A stretch of DNA of 57,306 bases, filler included, from Sphacelaria rigidula (GCA_964200075.2; 7 parts of 7 records of this genome joined end to end with filler, not necessarily neighbours in it); one strand, 5' to 3'. Shown: positions 37,172-50,539, counted from the first letter of the whole stretch. A program made the numbers and translations. Notes: generated by a model not told the origin, from the sequence alone.

Positions 37172-38951
37172 CACGGTTGAGACAAATCAACTTGTGAGTC
37201 AACTCAGAGTAATCATTTCGACGACTAAATCATACGGTTCGTACATCATTTGTAGTTCACACCGCCAGTCCTTCTTCATGTCTCAAGGCGTGAATGGCAT
37301 GTGCATGTACGCCATGTGTGACAAGTTCAACGTGAGCGCTCGTACATGTTTCCCACCTTCGGATTAATGCAGGACCTACATAAATCATACAGGTTGATTA
37401 ATCTGAAGTCATGGGCCCTGAACCACACACACTTTTCTACAACCTGTAATGCGCGCAAGATGCCTGAACTGCCTGCACTGCACAATACGTTATATGTTAT
37501 CCACCCTCGGGTGAATGTGGGACCAACGCTCGGCAAAGAGTTGAATTCTGCCATTTCATGTTCATGGGGCCTGTATCACGCGTATTTTTCTCCCATGGGT
37601 AATGCGCTGCACATGTGTTATCCACGCTCGACTCAGCGGACCAATGGTTTATACATCATGACTGCTTGCGCATCATGGCGAGTCAACATAACACCACACC
37701 CGGCAGGTACAAGGAGGCGCGGCAGTTCGCCGCGGCTGTGAAGTACCGTGCACGAGCGGTACCTTTGCGTAATGGAAAGATGCGTTCTTCCAATCGAGAA
37801 CCATCGACGACGTGGTCGTATGCTGTTTTGTTGGGACCTCACAGGAAGGAAACACACAATATTATACTGAAAGCACCTGTACGAATTGCTCCGCCGTGCC
37901 GGTACACGAAGCACTATTCACTTTTTTTGTGCTTCAGACTGACCGACAGCGAAGGGGATGTGGCCGGTACCATAGTACGGAGAAAAAACATCGAGGATAT
38001 ATAGCTTGCACATCGTAAACAAAGTTGCGCAGTGGTGTACGGTGGTTCACTGCGGCTGGCAATTGCTGTGTAAAAACAGACCTTGACGGAACCCACTCAG
38101 GGTTTCCTTGTCCGGGCCCAACAAAGCATAGCACAGCAGCACGGATACACTACGCTGGGCTAGGCCAGGCTAGGCTACACTAGACTAGACTACAAAACAC
38201 ACTACAGCTTATCACGGCACCGTTCCGCACAAACCAGCACGGCAGCGTACTGTGTGCTCCGACAATACACTACTGTACGCTACACATTACACTCACGGGC
38301 TCACTACACTTACCACAACAGAACGAGCCAAACGCAGAGCAGAGCAGTATAACACAGAACATTACTGTGATGCCGTACCGTACCGTGAATGGTACCAACT
38401 ATGCACACGATGGTTTCAGAATATTTGGCGATGTGACATGTTGACTCTTAGTCAACTCCGAGCCATAATTTCAATGAATACATCATAGTAGTCGTACATC
38501 ATTTGTAATTCATACAGCTTCCTAGCTTGTGCGTGGAGCTGTATAACCCGAAGGTACTCGCTTCATACCTTCCATGACTACCGGGGTAAAAAATGGGCAC
38601 AAAGTCAACTCTGCGCTGAAACCTTGGATGCATGGATTGTACATGTCACGCACTTCTTGTACATGTCACACATGAGTCGGGAACGTCATGTGCAACTTGC
38701 TTGACCAACTTGTTGGAGATGAGTGCCCGTACATTTTCTCACCTTTGGGCTAATACGGGATTAACAAACTGTACAGGTGGCTCTTCACTTCCGATGGGCC
38801 CTGAACCACGCGTAATTTTCTCACAGCTGTAATGCGCGCAAGATGACTGCGGTGCATATGTGTTATCCACNNNNNNNNNNGGTTTATACAGCATGACTGC
38901 TTGCGCGTCATGGCGAGTCGACTCGTATGAATTCTGATTTGTCTAACCGTG
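37172..38951. mobile_element. Non-autonomous TIR element (CACGG ends, perfect 8-bp TSD AAATCTTC; P- or hAT-like)
   Basis: TIR CACGGTTGAGACAAATC / GATTTGTCTAACCGTG; TSD at 37164-37171 and 38952-38959. Confidence 0.88.
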
Positions 38952-40906
38952 AAATCTTCACATGTTTTCGCCACTGCATCCTCCTATACTCCCTTCTCTT
39001 TCTTCGGTACCATGTTTTCTACTTCATTTCCAGCTTTAGTATACTCGTCCCATGCTGCCGTAGTTTTACTCGATATGCATCTCGCGTTAGCATCTCTTCT
39101 TACTCTTATAGCCTCTTTATATCCTCATCCCATCATTTTACTGCTCTGTTGCATACGATCAGTTTCTTCCCCATGACTTAACTCGCTACTCCCATTATTC
39201 TATAATCTTCGCTCCTGCCCGATCCCTTTACACATCGGTATTAACTTTACCTATACTTTTTAACAGTCCGGAAACGTTTTCTGTACTGTTGGCCACCTCT
39301 TTTTAAAAGTCGTGCTGTTTTCCTTCCATTTCTAGTTCATCCATTCTCCATTTGCACAACAACGTACCCCGCCTTTTTCTTTAGGTTTCGTCTGTTATCT
39401 TCCTGTCCATTTCAGGCAATGGTCTGTCGTTCGCACGTCCTCCGGGCATACATGTACCACCATTTCTTGACTACTTTCATACTCCACCACTACATAGTCA
39501 AAAACGGAGTGTTCTGTCTCGTCTTCGCATCTTCTAGTCCATGTCCATTGCGCCTCTGCCTTTTGTGCTCTATCGTTCAGCTATTCATCTCAATATCCTC
39601 AAAGAACTTCAGCAGTTTTACAAGCTGGACCAGCAGTAAACCCCGCATTCGTCCCACCCTACAACGTCTCAAGTTTCCCAAATCAGCGCGACTTGAGCAT
39701 ATTGCTGTGAACTGCAGACCAACCTGGTAACATAGGGCACCACCGCTGAATGAAGAAGAGGAAGGGAAAAAATATACCGCATAATATATGACCTGAGCGA
39801 CGCAACGAGAAAAAAGGGAATCTGTCGGGATTCTAACTCATGATCTCCGTAACTGGGGTCTCTTGTACTACTTGGATTAACCCTTTGGGAGCACATCGGC
39901 GATATTTGTTTTCGCGAATCGGCATCATCTTGACGTGAAAATGACCAAACATGATGCCGGTTCACAAAAACAAAAATCGTCGACGGGTTCCAAAAGGGTT
40001 ACACGAGTGCGGCTGTGTCACACGATGAGTTCGATGCGGCGCCCGATTTGATGGACTTTTGGCCGAAACTTTGTCAGTATCCTCTGGGCGCGAGTGCCCA
40101 CAACACTGTTCGGGGTTCAGCCTTAATTATCATTTTTTCACATAGTCATAGCTTTTTTTTCTGTTTTTGCTGAAACGTCGACTCGCTCTTTTTCCTGTGT
40201 GTTTGTTTTTTCCTTTGCACCCCCAATGTTGCGCGGATTGATGATGAAGATATGTCAAACTTTCAGCGCATAACTCTTCGACTTACCAATCGCATCGCCA
40301 GGATTCGGTCAAGATCACTGTCAGCTGGCCCAGCTCGTACCCCATTTATGTTCTCCTTCTCTTTCCCGTATTTCCCAATGATATCATCCGGTTGACCTGC
40401 ATTTTCAACCCTTGCATGAAAATCTACCACTAACATTATACACAATGGCGGTTGGAGAGATAGCAGCAGATGTACATGAGCAAAAAAGGTGAGCTGCATT
40501 CTGCGAAGATTGTTCGGCCCGAAGCCTACTGATTATCCTTCATTTGGATGACAGCCTATAGAGAGTTGATTTATTTTCTGGTACCGCCACTTCCTGAGAC
40601 AGTCACAGCTTATACACTGCCTCCTGGGTGTCTCACCATGTGAAAACTACGTGATATGATAATCCCCATTGTGGGGAGTTGAGGTTCTCCCACGCTGCAC
40701 AACATGATTGAGCTCGACTACCATCATGGTATGATCATGGTTACCGAAAAACAAACGCAAGCGAGCAAAACAAAACGGTAACCTGATCGCCTAGCTTACG
40801 TAGTGAATGGCGTGTAGGGTCATCACCAACCGACGCCAACACCATCGGGGGTCCGACCCTACAAAGCTGGGACGGAGCACGCCGGGTTCTCGCCGGACCA
40901 GGGAGG

Positions 40907-41006
40907 NNNNNNNNNNNNNNNNNNNNNNNNNNNNNNNNNNNNNNNNNNNNTTAATTAATTAANNNNNNNNNNNNNNNNNNNNNNNNNNNNNNNNNNNNNN
41001 NNNNNN
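40907..41006. other. Artificial contig linker
   Basis: Same pattern. Confidence 0.98.
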
Positions 41007-41769
41007 GTTGCCACTCGACGCCAACCCAAGAGTCCACAGGTGAGGGAAATTGGGGGGTAGGGGGGGATGTACTCATGATCATGCATGCCAGAGTCATATG
41101 GGCCTTTTTCTTTTTCCTTCTTCTCTTTTTTTGTCAGTATATTTATGCTCTGACCGTTGTCTCCCCCTTCTTCCCTCCTTTCCTTCCTTCCTGCCTCCCT
41201 TCATTCCTTCCTATTGTCGTTTGCTCCCCCCCCCCCCCCCCTCCCCCCCCCCCCCCCCCTTCCCCCCCCCGCCCCCCCGCGCCCCNNNNNNNNNNCCCCC
41301 TTTCCCTCCTTCCCGCCCCCCTTCCTTCCTTCCTCTTGTCGTTTGCCCCCCCCCCCCCCCCTGCCCCCCCCCCCCCTCCTCTGGAGGCTCCTTCAGCAAT
41401 CGAGTGTCTGTCTGATTGAACTTGAGTACATTGTGTCCATCTTGTGACCGCGACCAGATTCGTACCGAGCCAGTCAGTTGATGTGCGGCAATTAGGCAGT
41501 CAAGAATCAAACTATGGAAGATGTCAGGTGTGGAATGGAAGATGACTTCCCCAGAAACAAAATGAAGATTGGGAGTCCACGGCAGCCCAACAACACGGGT
41601 GGATGTAAACACCTGATGTTCCAAGTCTTCGTGATAGGCGTGTTCTCGACCCGGTACTCACACTTTTTTGTTTCATATTTTTCGTGATAGATCTGTACGT
41701 AGGATCAAACCGAACTTTCGGAGATGAGAAATAACGGGCTTTTTATGCGACTGTTTTTGCTGTCGAAAA

Positions 41770-42376
41770 TACAAACCTCACAGCTATGGTCCGACTCTAA
41801 ATCACAGAGTCACCTGGGTGTCACGCCAGGGACCTATGACAACTGGTTTTGGGCGCAGTAGACTGCATCTTTCCCCCGCCTCGGCCCCGAACCGCTGATG
41901 CCCTGTCGGGTCGGCTGACGGCAGCGGCCCGAGGAAAGACACAACACTTTGGCTAGTACGGAGAATCAGTGACACCCACTATTAGACTGCTCCGTACCAC
42001 GTTTGTGCGGGAGCTGGGTGATTCCTCCTGTCAAAGCACTCCTGCACGCGCGAGCCTTACTTCACGGTTTTTACCACCCGTAATACAGTCGATACCCGAT
42101 CGTGGACCAGAACCACCGAGGCCGGGTTAGGCCAGCTAAGGCAGCGATCCTTGGAAGGGAATAACACTCGGCTTGTGCGGAGAGTGAATCATACTGTCGA
42201 ACTGCTCCGCAGCACAGTGGTGTGGGATTGAATGTCTATCGCGCTGGCAGTACTGACAGCACCATACGGCAGTTACCACCCGTGACGTTGTGTTACATAG
42301 GGTAATGGGTATGGGTGGTATGCCTCTTGCACTCTGTGACTGCGGGTTCGAGAGATCGAGCTAATGTGACGGATAC

Positions 42377-42416
<40 letters not shown>

Positions 42417-42437
42417 TAATAATAAAATAATAATAAC
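41770..42437 (+). mobile_element. Apparently non-coding retroposon sharing the RTE 3' end and (TAA)n tail
   Basis: CGGGTTCGAGAGATCG...AATGTGA + (TAA)n also at 46432-46515; 5' boundary approximate. Confidence 0.6.
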
Positions 42438-45400
42438 GTGGCGATGATATCGGAACACGCCCTACCCCTGCCGGCGGGGGTCGCTATTCCGACTAATCAT
42501 CGCCACCGCCCAAAGCATTGTTGCCGTAGTTCTGAGAGCAGACAGCCGCGTGCGTCCAAGCAGAAAGTTTGGCTTGGTGGAGGTCGACGTGCACGGAGCC
42601 CGCTGAATCCCACGCAGAAACGAAGAGGCAAGAACCAGCGTAGCAGGAGAGTACGTGAAAACAGAGAGTAGCCCACAAATACTGGATCAAACACCAGAAG
42701 GAAAGGATCACGGAAAAACGAAGGAAGAAAACGAAGGAAGGGAGGTAAAGGCCAGCTCAGCGAGCAGCCAAGGCTAAGGCTTGCGCCAATCGCACTACCG
42801 CAAGGGCGGTGTCTCGATCCAAAGAGCTGGTAATGGCAACTTGGAATGTACGCACCGTGGCCGAGACAGGTTCCAACGACACAGGCCACGCAGAGGACCT
42901 GCTACTTTTCGCATCCAACTACAACTGTGATTTCGTCGCCCTTCAAGGAACCCATCGCGATGGACGAAAAACCCTCCACGTACCAGCAGCAGGATATATC
43001 GTTCACTGCAGCGGCCACTTCGATGTAAACGGGGGTAAACCAGGAGTGCTCGGAGTCGGCCTCGCCATGAAGGAGTCTATCGCCAGCACGCTGGGCCCAG
43101 AAGTCATCGCCCCCGAACACGCGAGTGCTAGGACCCTCAAGGTACGAGTGGCTTTCAGGTATAGAGTTGCAACAACCTTCATGGTAGAGTATGCTCCTAC
43201 TGAGACAGCACAGGTCTCTGAAAATATCAAGTTCTGGAAAACCCTCGGTAGTTCCATCGATGAAGTGCCCACCAACGAGTGCCTAGTACTCATGGTAGAT
43301 GCCAATGCTTGTACCGGGAAGAGAGAAGGAGGAGGCATGGATGTCGTTCGGGTATTGGGAGAGTATGGCAGAGACACCGGGGATTATAAGGGTAGACGCC
43401 TACTGAAATGCGCTGCGGAAGATAAAATGACCATCACCAACACATTTCTTCGCACGGAAACTCACAGGGAAAGGTCGACCGCATACACGTATGCGGCATC
43501 GAAGGTCGAACACTGCTGCCGCCTGGACTACATCCTAGTACATCAGCAAAGACCGCAGACTCGTCCCAAATGTCACTGTGCACCCCAAGATGAAATCGGA
43601 CTAGCGTCTGGTCTCAGTCGCCATCCGTCTCCTCGGACGGGGCGCACTCAACCGCCAACCGAAACCGAGAGGCGGGGGGGCAGGGGAGTGCGTTTCGGCC
43701 GCAAAACCGTGACATCCGAACGACGCTGGAGAGTGATCGTCTCCCAGGCTATTGTCGCCAAGCTCCAGAATGCCACCAGTTCCCCCGCAGTAGTGGACAT
43801 CAACGATATGGCATCTGCCTTCGCGAACGCCCTGCGACAGACGGCCGCGGGTACACCCGCTCGATGCCCGAAGAAACCCCCGTCTAGAGGTTTCAGTGAG
43901 TCAACTCAAGCTCAGGATCACCTCCACAAGGCGTCGGATCTCAGAGAATATGTATGGAAAAACTGTGAACCAACCCCAAAGACTCCGTCCTGAAGGGGGC
44001 GCTGAAGGTGACGGACAAAGCGTTCAAACGGGTGAAGGATGCTGAGCTGAAGAACTTCGTCCATGAGTTCACAGTCCGCACAGTAGAGTACGTTCGCAAG
44101 AAGGATCAAGCAGGACTATATCAGCACATTAAGTCTTTGGAACTGGAAAGGAAGAAGCAGTGCGACTCAACGTACATCAGGAGGGCGACTGGAGAGCTGT
44201 TGCGGGACAAGTAAGCTATCCTGCAACGATAGAAGGAATGGTTCGAAACACTGCTGAACGCAACCTCGCCTACGATCGAACACTCTGTTATCGATCTCAT
44301 CGAACAGATGCCGGAGCACGCACCGCTCACGGCGGAGCCCTCGATGGCAGAAGTGGAGGAAGCGGTGGACAAGCTGGCGAACGGCAAGGCCGTTGGGACA
44401 GATAACATCTGCGGTAAACTATTGAAGCTCAGCTGCATCGAAGACTCCGCCATCCTGAAGTACCTCTACAACATCGTGCTCACCGTGTGGCGTCAGGAAG
44501 TAGTGCCGCAAGATTGGAAGACGCCATCATCAAGGTGCTTTTGAAGAAACAGGACCCGCACGAATGCGGCAACTACCGCGGTATTTCTCTTGGGTCCCAC
44601 GCGGGCAAGGTGGTACTCAAGATAGCTGCGACTCGCCTCAGCGCCTACTGCGAGTGGAAGGGAATCCTCCCAGAAGTGCAGTGCGGTTTCCGACCCGGCC
44701 GGTGGACAGTCGACATGATGTTCCTTGTGCGCAGGTCCCAAGGACTGGCCCGAGAGAATAATCTTCCTCTGTACATGTGCTCCATGTACCTCCAAAAGGC
44801 ACACGACTCAGTGGACCGCTCTCTTCCCTGGAAAATTCTAGGACGCTACAGTATACCCGCGAAGATGATTTTCATCACCCGCCAGTTCCACGACGGAATG
44901 CGGGCATGCGTACGCCTTGATAGCGGCGAGGCATCTGCGTGGTTTTACGTTGACCAGGGCCCCCGCCAAGGCTATGTGCGTTCCCCCGGTCTGCTCAACC
45001 TCTTTTTCGCGGCGGTGCCGAGGGTGACGTCCGACCGCTTCTCGATCAACTAAGCGGTGGCGCAGGACTTCATCCGCATTGCTAAAGGGGCGGGAAGACC
45101 AGAGACAAACTCAGCGAAGTGCTCTGCGCTATGCTAGACACCGACAACCCTGGCATCGCCTCGCGGTCTCAAGTAAGCCTGGCAAAGATGATGACGGCCG
45201 TCGTCGAAGTGTGTGCGGCATTCGGCCTCGTCGTGACGGAAAAGACGACGGTCACCATGCACATGCGCTACCCGAACATGGAGGCGGATACGGTCGAGGT
45301 GGAGGCAGCGGGCCAAAGATGAAAGCAAGTTGAGTCGTTCCTCTACCTTGGTGGGAAAATCAGCAGCATTATCGATGTCACTCCTGAGGTCCACAGCCGT

Positions 45401-46513
45401 ATTGGCCAGGCCTGGACGTGCTTCTACAAGTACAGCAGAGCGGTATACGACAACTCGTACATCGCACTGACTACCAAGGCTCATCTCCTGACAACTGAAG
45501 TGATCGAGGAAACGTTACGGTTGCGTGACCTGGACGATCGCAAACGACAATTCCGGCGCGTTACGGTAGGCTCATCAAGGTTTCCTGGTGAGGTGCCTCA
45601 ATAAGCGTACCTCAAGCCACAGCGCTCCCGACTACGACATGTTGCCATACCACGAGGTCCTCGAACGAACCAGCTGCGAGTGCATTGAGGCCATCGTGAT
45701 GACACGAACCCTCCTTCACGCCAGCCGCATAATAGGCATGCACAATGAACGCCTCCCCGACATCGTCATGCGTGGAGTGATGGTCGGTGGGAAGACGAAG
45801 GCAGGCCGACCAGCAAGACGCCTACAATACTGTATTGCGGACTGCCGTTCGTACTTCGGAATAGACGCGACATCGTGGATGCATAGTGCCCAAGATGTGT
45901 TCGAATGGTCCTGAGTCGTAGAGGAAGGGGCTAACATGTACATAAAAGCCTGGACCAAAGCACGCCATGCTAGGGGCCTGTTTGCTGTGCTACCACTAGA
46001 GTTCCCTCAGTGCCTGACGAGGACCTCCGGAAAGTAACCAGTAGCCCATCGGGTAGTACACTCGCTAGTGCATTTGCCGTCTTTTCGAACGGCCGCGGTA
46101 GTTGTCTACAAGGGTGCCTGAGATGTTTGAGTCGACCCTCGCTCGGTGGCCATGCTAATGCCCTTGTGTCGTTTGTTTTTTTCTTGTCTTTTCTTTGCTT
46201 TGCTCCTTCTTTCGGTGTGCTTTTTGCAGATCTGATGTTTTCGTTCGTTTTTTTCTCTCCACCCCTGTAAAATTCTTGCCGTCTCTCTTCTTATTTTTAT
46301 TTTCGTAACATTTTGGTTGATTGTTTCTGTTTCTGTAATTAGCCCGAAGTCCCAGAAAAATGATGAGGACTCTATGTCTTGTAAGGAATAGCGGGGACGG
46401 TATTGGAACGACGGCCCTAGGTATGTGATCACGGGTTCGAGAGATCGGACAAATGTGAGGGAATAAAGTTATTATGAATAATAACAATAATAATATTGTT
46501 TTAATAATAACAA

Positions 46514-46544
<31 letters not shown>

Positions 46545-46558
46545 AAGAAAAAGAAGAT
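42438..46558 (+). mobile_element. Near full-length decayed RTE-type LINE (APE + RT), antisense to and downstream of the visible IQ/WW-like exons
   Basis: ATWNVRT, YAPTE, VDANA, LDYILV (APE); NYRGISL, QCGFRPGR, QKAHDSV, QG...SP (RT); T-rich 3' UTR; (TAA)n/(GAA)n tail. Confidence 0.93.
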
Positions 46559-46763
46559 TCCAAGATAACGTGGTCATACAAACGAATTGAGGATTTGTTT
46601 CAGTCTTCTCCCTGTATAGATGGCATGTTAGTATGGATATGTATCCGTGCATTGCTCTTGTCCACTCACTAGACCTTTTTCTTACCGTTGTACTCTCATA
46701 CATGTGTCTCTCGTGTGTCCTGTGGTGTTGTGTCGATTCTCCAGTCTTGTACGTTCCACGTAC

Positions 46764-46907
46764 CTCTTCAACGTCCCACAGCAGCATGTCGTCAGGATCC
46801 CACCGTTCCGATCCCAGAATCAACGGCTTCCTGTGAGACACCTCGCCGGTCATGGAGCTGCGGTACATCTCGTCCCCTGTGATTGGATCATACTCCAGGG
46901 TGAACAT
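46764..46907 (-). CDS. Host exon with WW-like module (MFTLEYDPITGDEMYRSSMTGEVSHRKPLILG...WDVEE)
   Basis: CAG acceptor, GAG|GTACGT donor, 144 bp, phase 0-0. Confidence 0.75.
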
Positions 46908-48441
46908 CTGAAGACAAGGTAAAAAAACGAAAAATATCGTAGAGATATTGGGACCGATGATGACGTCAATAGCTTCTTTCTTGCAAGGATAAGTGCCGAC
47001 TGGCAGCAAACCCCTGTCAGCCCTCCTGATGTACCGGAACTTTCCAAAGGAGGATACAGGCAATTCACATAGCTGTTAGGGTTGAGGGTGAACATCCTGC
47101 GACGAACTATCAGTCACGCTTCCTAGCTGGTAGACCAGAATGTCCGAGCAGGATCTCTAGACGGTACGTGAGTTTCGAGAGAAAGTCGCTGGCTGAGCTT
47201 CGACGGTGGTATCCACCATGTAGAAGTACGTGGCGGGACGTCCCGACAGCAACCGTGGTGCTTTATATCTGTCGCAGCGACGCCAGCAGATCAACGTGTC
47301 GAAACTGGAACACACATCAGAGGTACGGTGGTGTCTATCGAGATCTCAGATGTTGTTACTGTTTTCCCTGTCGTGTAAAATTTCAGAAATTCAGCATCCG
47401 CACGGAAACCGCACAGGTAACCGAGTGATGCCCCGATCCCCCCCCCCCCCCCCCCCACACCCGCCCCGGAACCGCCGCAAAAAAAAGGCCAACCGGCGGA
47501 GACTCCGGGTGCTGAGTTGGAGAGATGTTAAACCAGCCCCGGAACTGTCACGAAAAAATGGTCATACGGTGCATGATCGCGTTTCGCATGGACGACATTG
47601 TTCCGAGCTGCTCGGCATGCCCAGCTTTTGTCATTGTGATTCGAATGTAGATTTTGCCCCCTCACACCAGCCACTTTTCTGGGAGGGGGGGGCTATCGCG
47701 GCATGACTCAGCCATTCACCAAACCAGTCCTTGCTCGTGATTTTAGAATTCCACAGAAAAACGCAAGAATTCGTGAACAAGAAGAACGCGGCAATAGCTG
47801 TAGGGTACCCAGTCGTCCTGCTTTTTTTTGGTGGAGAGAATTTGTGAGACAGATTCGCGGAGCGTCGGAGTTTGAGCCGGTCATTCCAAAGCTGCCGAGG
47901 CATGTACATTGTACGACTCCGTGTTACCTTTTCACCTTTGCCTTGGGATGGCACGACCTGCTCGAGTGCGCGGCCATCAATAAGTATCCACCTGCATACT
48001 ATTTTTGTCTTCTAGCTATTTTTCAAGGAACAGCTGTACATAAAATTAAAACTGAACAGCCAATAAAATAAGATTAGGATATATATATATATATATATAT
48101 TTCCAATTGTACAGCTGTGAAGGTCTTGGGATCTTTACTGCAGGACTCTCCGCACGTGAGGGTGAAGTCACAACCGTTGATATTGGCAAACATCGGCGGG
48201 CTAGCTAGAGAATGACCAATATTTTTCACTCTACGAGTTACTGGTGACAAAAAAAAACTACACAACGATTGGATGGCTCTTGCTGTGCAGAAGAAAAAAA
48301 TAACAAGGGAAAACCTAAGAAGGAAGTGTCGACACTACACGACTGAGCATATTTGGTGATTAAAACATCATTTTTTCGTGGACGTAAGCTCCACAAGTCT
48401 CTCGTCGTCGATTCCAAGATCCGTGCAAGCGTCAACCATAC

Positions 48442-48562
48442 CTTCCGTCCTAGATTCCGGAGATCTTTGCGGCCCTTGGCAGATCTCCACATGTTTTGGA
48501 TACGGAGGGCAGCGAGATCTCTCGACATTACGGGCCTCCACACCCAAACGCCTCCTATTTTC
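48442..48562 (-). CDS. Host exon with IQ calmodulin-binding motif (AALRIQNMWRSAKGRK)
   Basis: CAG acceptor (phase 2), AAG|GTATGG donor (phase 0); joins in frame to 46907. Confidence 0.8.
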
Positions 48563-48715
48563 CTGCCAAAAACCAATGAAGGAAAAGTCAGTGAATTGGA
48601 GGGCGCGCAGCGCACATACGAACTCGAGGGAGACAATCTGACGCTTGGAGTGAAGTGGAAGGCAACAACCGAAGCTGTGACAAGGGGAACAAAAGGGAGT
48701 TGTGGAGCAACGTAC

Positions 48716-48938
48716 TTGGCCCCAGCGTGGCTCTTTGTGTTGTCCTCTGCCGTCGACACTTCTCTGGAGTCTGTCGCGTGTATGGGCCAGATGGAATGAA
48801 TGGCATTGTCTGTTTCATGTTGGTTTGAGTAGCGTGGCACAAGCGTTGCGCCGTGTGTAACGAAGGTCCATGGATGCGTAAAGTAGTAAGGTTTCGTTGT
48901 GCTGCTGCCCCTGCCATACCGTGGGCTGTTATCTACAC
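48716..48938 (-). CDS. Probable upstream exon of the IQ/WW-like gene
   Basis: Open frame, AA|GTACGT donor in phase 2 matching the next acceptor; start may instead be 48932. Confidence 0.55.
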
Positions 48939-48946
48939 CTTTGCAC

Positions 48947-49036
48947 AGCAACAGCAGTAGCAATAGCAGCAATGACAGCAATAGCAGCAACAACAACAAC
49001 AACAGCAACAGCAGCAGCAGCAGCAACGACAGCAAT

Positions 49037-49091
<55 letters not shown>

Positions 49092-49106
49092 GCAACAACA
49101 ACAACA
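48947..49106. repeat. (CAA/CAG)n microsatellite at the contig end
   Basis: Direct inspection. Confidence 0.95.
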
Positions 49107-49206
49107 NNNNNNNNNNNNNNNNNNNNNNNNNNNNNNNNNNNNNNNNNNNNTTAATTAATTAANNNNNNNNNNNNNNNNNNNNNNNNNNNNNNNNNNNNNN
49201 NNNNNN
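49107..49206. other. Artificial contig linker
   Basis: Same pattern. Confidence 0.98.
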
Positions 49207-50539
49207 TGAGGCCAGTGGATTCTGGAGAAGTCCCTCACTGAATAGCCCTCTTGTCCAGATCGTCTGGCAGAGGCTATACCGTGCAAGTATTCTATCCCCA
49301 CATGATAGGTGAGCATTCCATCAAACTGTTTAGCTGATGTTACCGTTGTCCCGCAGTCGACGAGGCGTGTGCGTTGGGACGTGTAGGGGCAATCCAAAAT
49401 CTTCCATGATTATTTATGGAACACGGGTTTACTTTATCGTCATTTCCAATCCCTAGCGTGGCGTGATGTGCGCAAGTACAGCAGCAACAGTTTTGTCCGC
49501 GTATATATATATATATATACATATATACTCCCGGCAGTAGTACATGCGGTTGCATGTTTCAGTGCTTTTTTTTGCCCTCGCAGAGCGTGTGGATGGATCG
49601 CAGGATCAACAGGAGAAGCGAGAGGGAATGACCCAAGAGCGCGTGCCTAGAATCCCTCACGGCGCAGAGGTGCTGTGTGACGTGCAGTAGTTTGGCGGGC
49701 ATGCATAGGGGCAACTGTCCTCGTGTAGTGGTCTTCCGTCTCTGCCTTAGAGGGGGATTTTGGTGCTCTTTGCTGCTCCTCATCCCTCTCTCCCGTCAAG
49801 GTTTCTTTGTCGACCCCTTCTCTATTGGCGCCCCTCCCCGCGATTTAAGGCACAACTCTCTGTTGCGGGCGAATGTTTCCAGTGTCTCCTTGGTAGGGTT
49901 CAGTATAAGCACGCGGGGTCTAATTGTTCTCTTCTATATAGTTTCCCCTTGAATATTTGCTCCTGAATACGTTTGGGACATGGCTTCCTCAGCGAAGGCG
50001 TCTTGTTTGTTGTTAGTAATTCTTATATGAATACCGAGTAGCTCCCCCCCCCGGTGTAGTGGTCACGAAAATAAAGAAATACCTCCCCCAATTTTTACTC
50101 TTCACGCACGGAGTCATCATCATAAACAAATGTGGAACTATATTTCTTACCCAAATGCACGACGAAGAAGCTTACGATATGACACTGTGTGGTGCAGATT
50201 CGATTAATGAAGATGACAGACCTTGTCTGCGAGGTTTAGTGCGTCCTAGGCTAATTTCTTGGCGTCGTCACTTCTTACAGGATCAGCAAGGGCTCGTAGC
50301 TACTTCATACTATCCATCCTTTTACATTGCAGCGCAGCTTTCATGAAAAAATTTCAGAACAGTAGAGTTTCAGCCCTCCGAGAAATTGTAGCGCCCTCTA
50401 CAACGGCAAACGGGAAGCGATCAGGCATTTGAACACAACGTCGAAACATGGTGCACGTTAGGGGAGGAGCTCTAATCCCAACATTCGAACAGGGCGTCAA
50501 TAGTCATCGTCACTATATCTCCGATACATGCACGTGCCC

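Larger units (their letters stand above)
34385..40450 (-). mobile_element. Long decayed LINE-B (endonuclease remnant, RT, C-terminal Cys/His motif) with nested DNA transposons
   Basis: VDFHARV...IGKYG (APE-like); DPGKCIGITLLSTVGK and CFFLDVRNAYDTV (RT); PC...ESRTHIVAGC; 3' end GAGTACCC followed by C-rich tract. Confidence 0.85.

Noticed and set aside
40808-40862. Possible HDV-like pseudoknot (GGCGT/ACGCC and GTAGGGTC/GACCCTAC)
   Set aside because: Lacks the P3/L3 and P1.1 consensus in either orientation; close to a contig end.
48238-49104. 288-aa poly-Leu ORF
   Set aside because: Read-through of an intronic (TTG)n microsatellite and introns; only two internal exons are credible.
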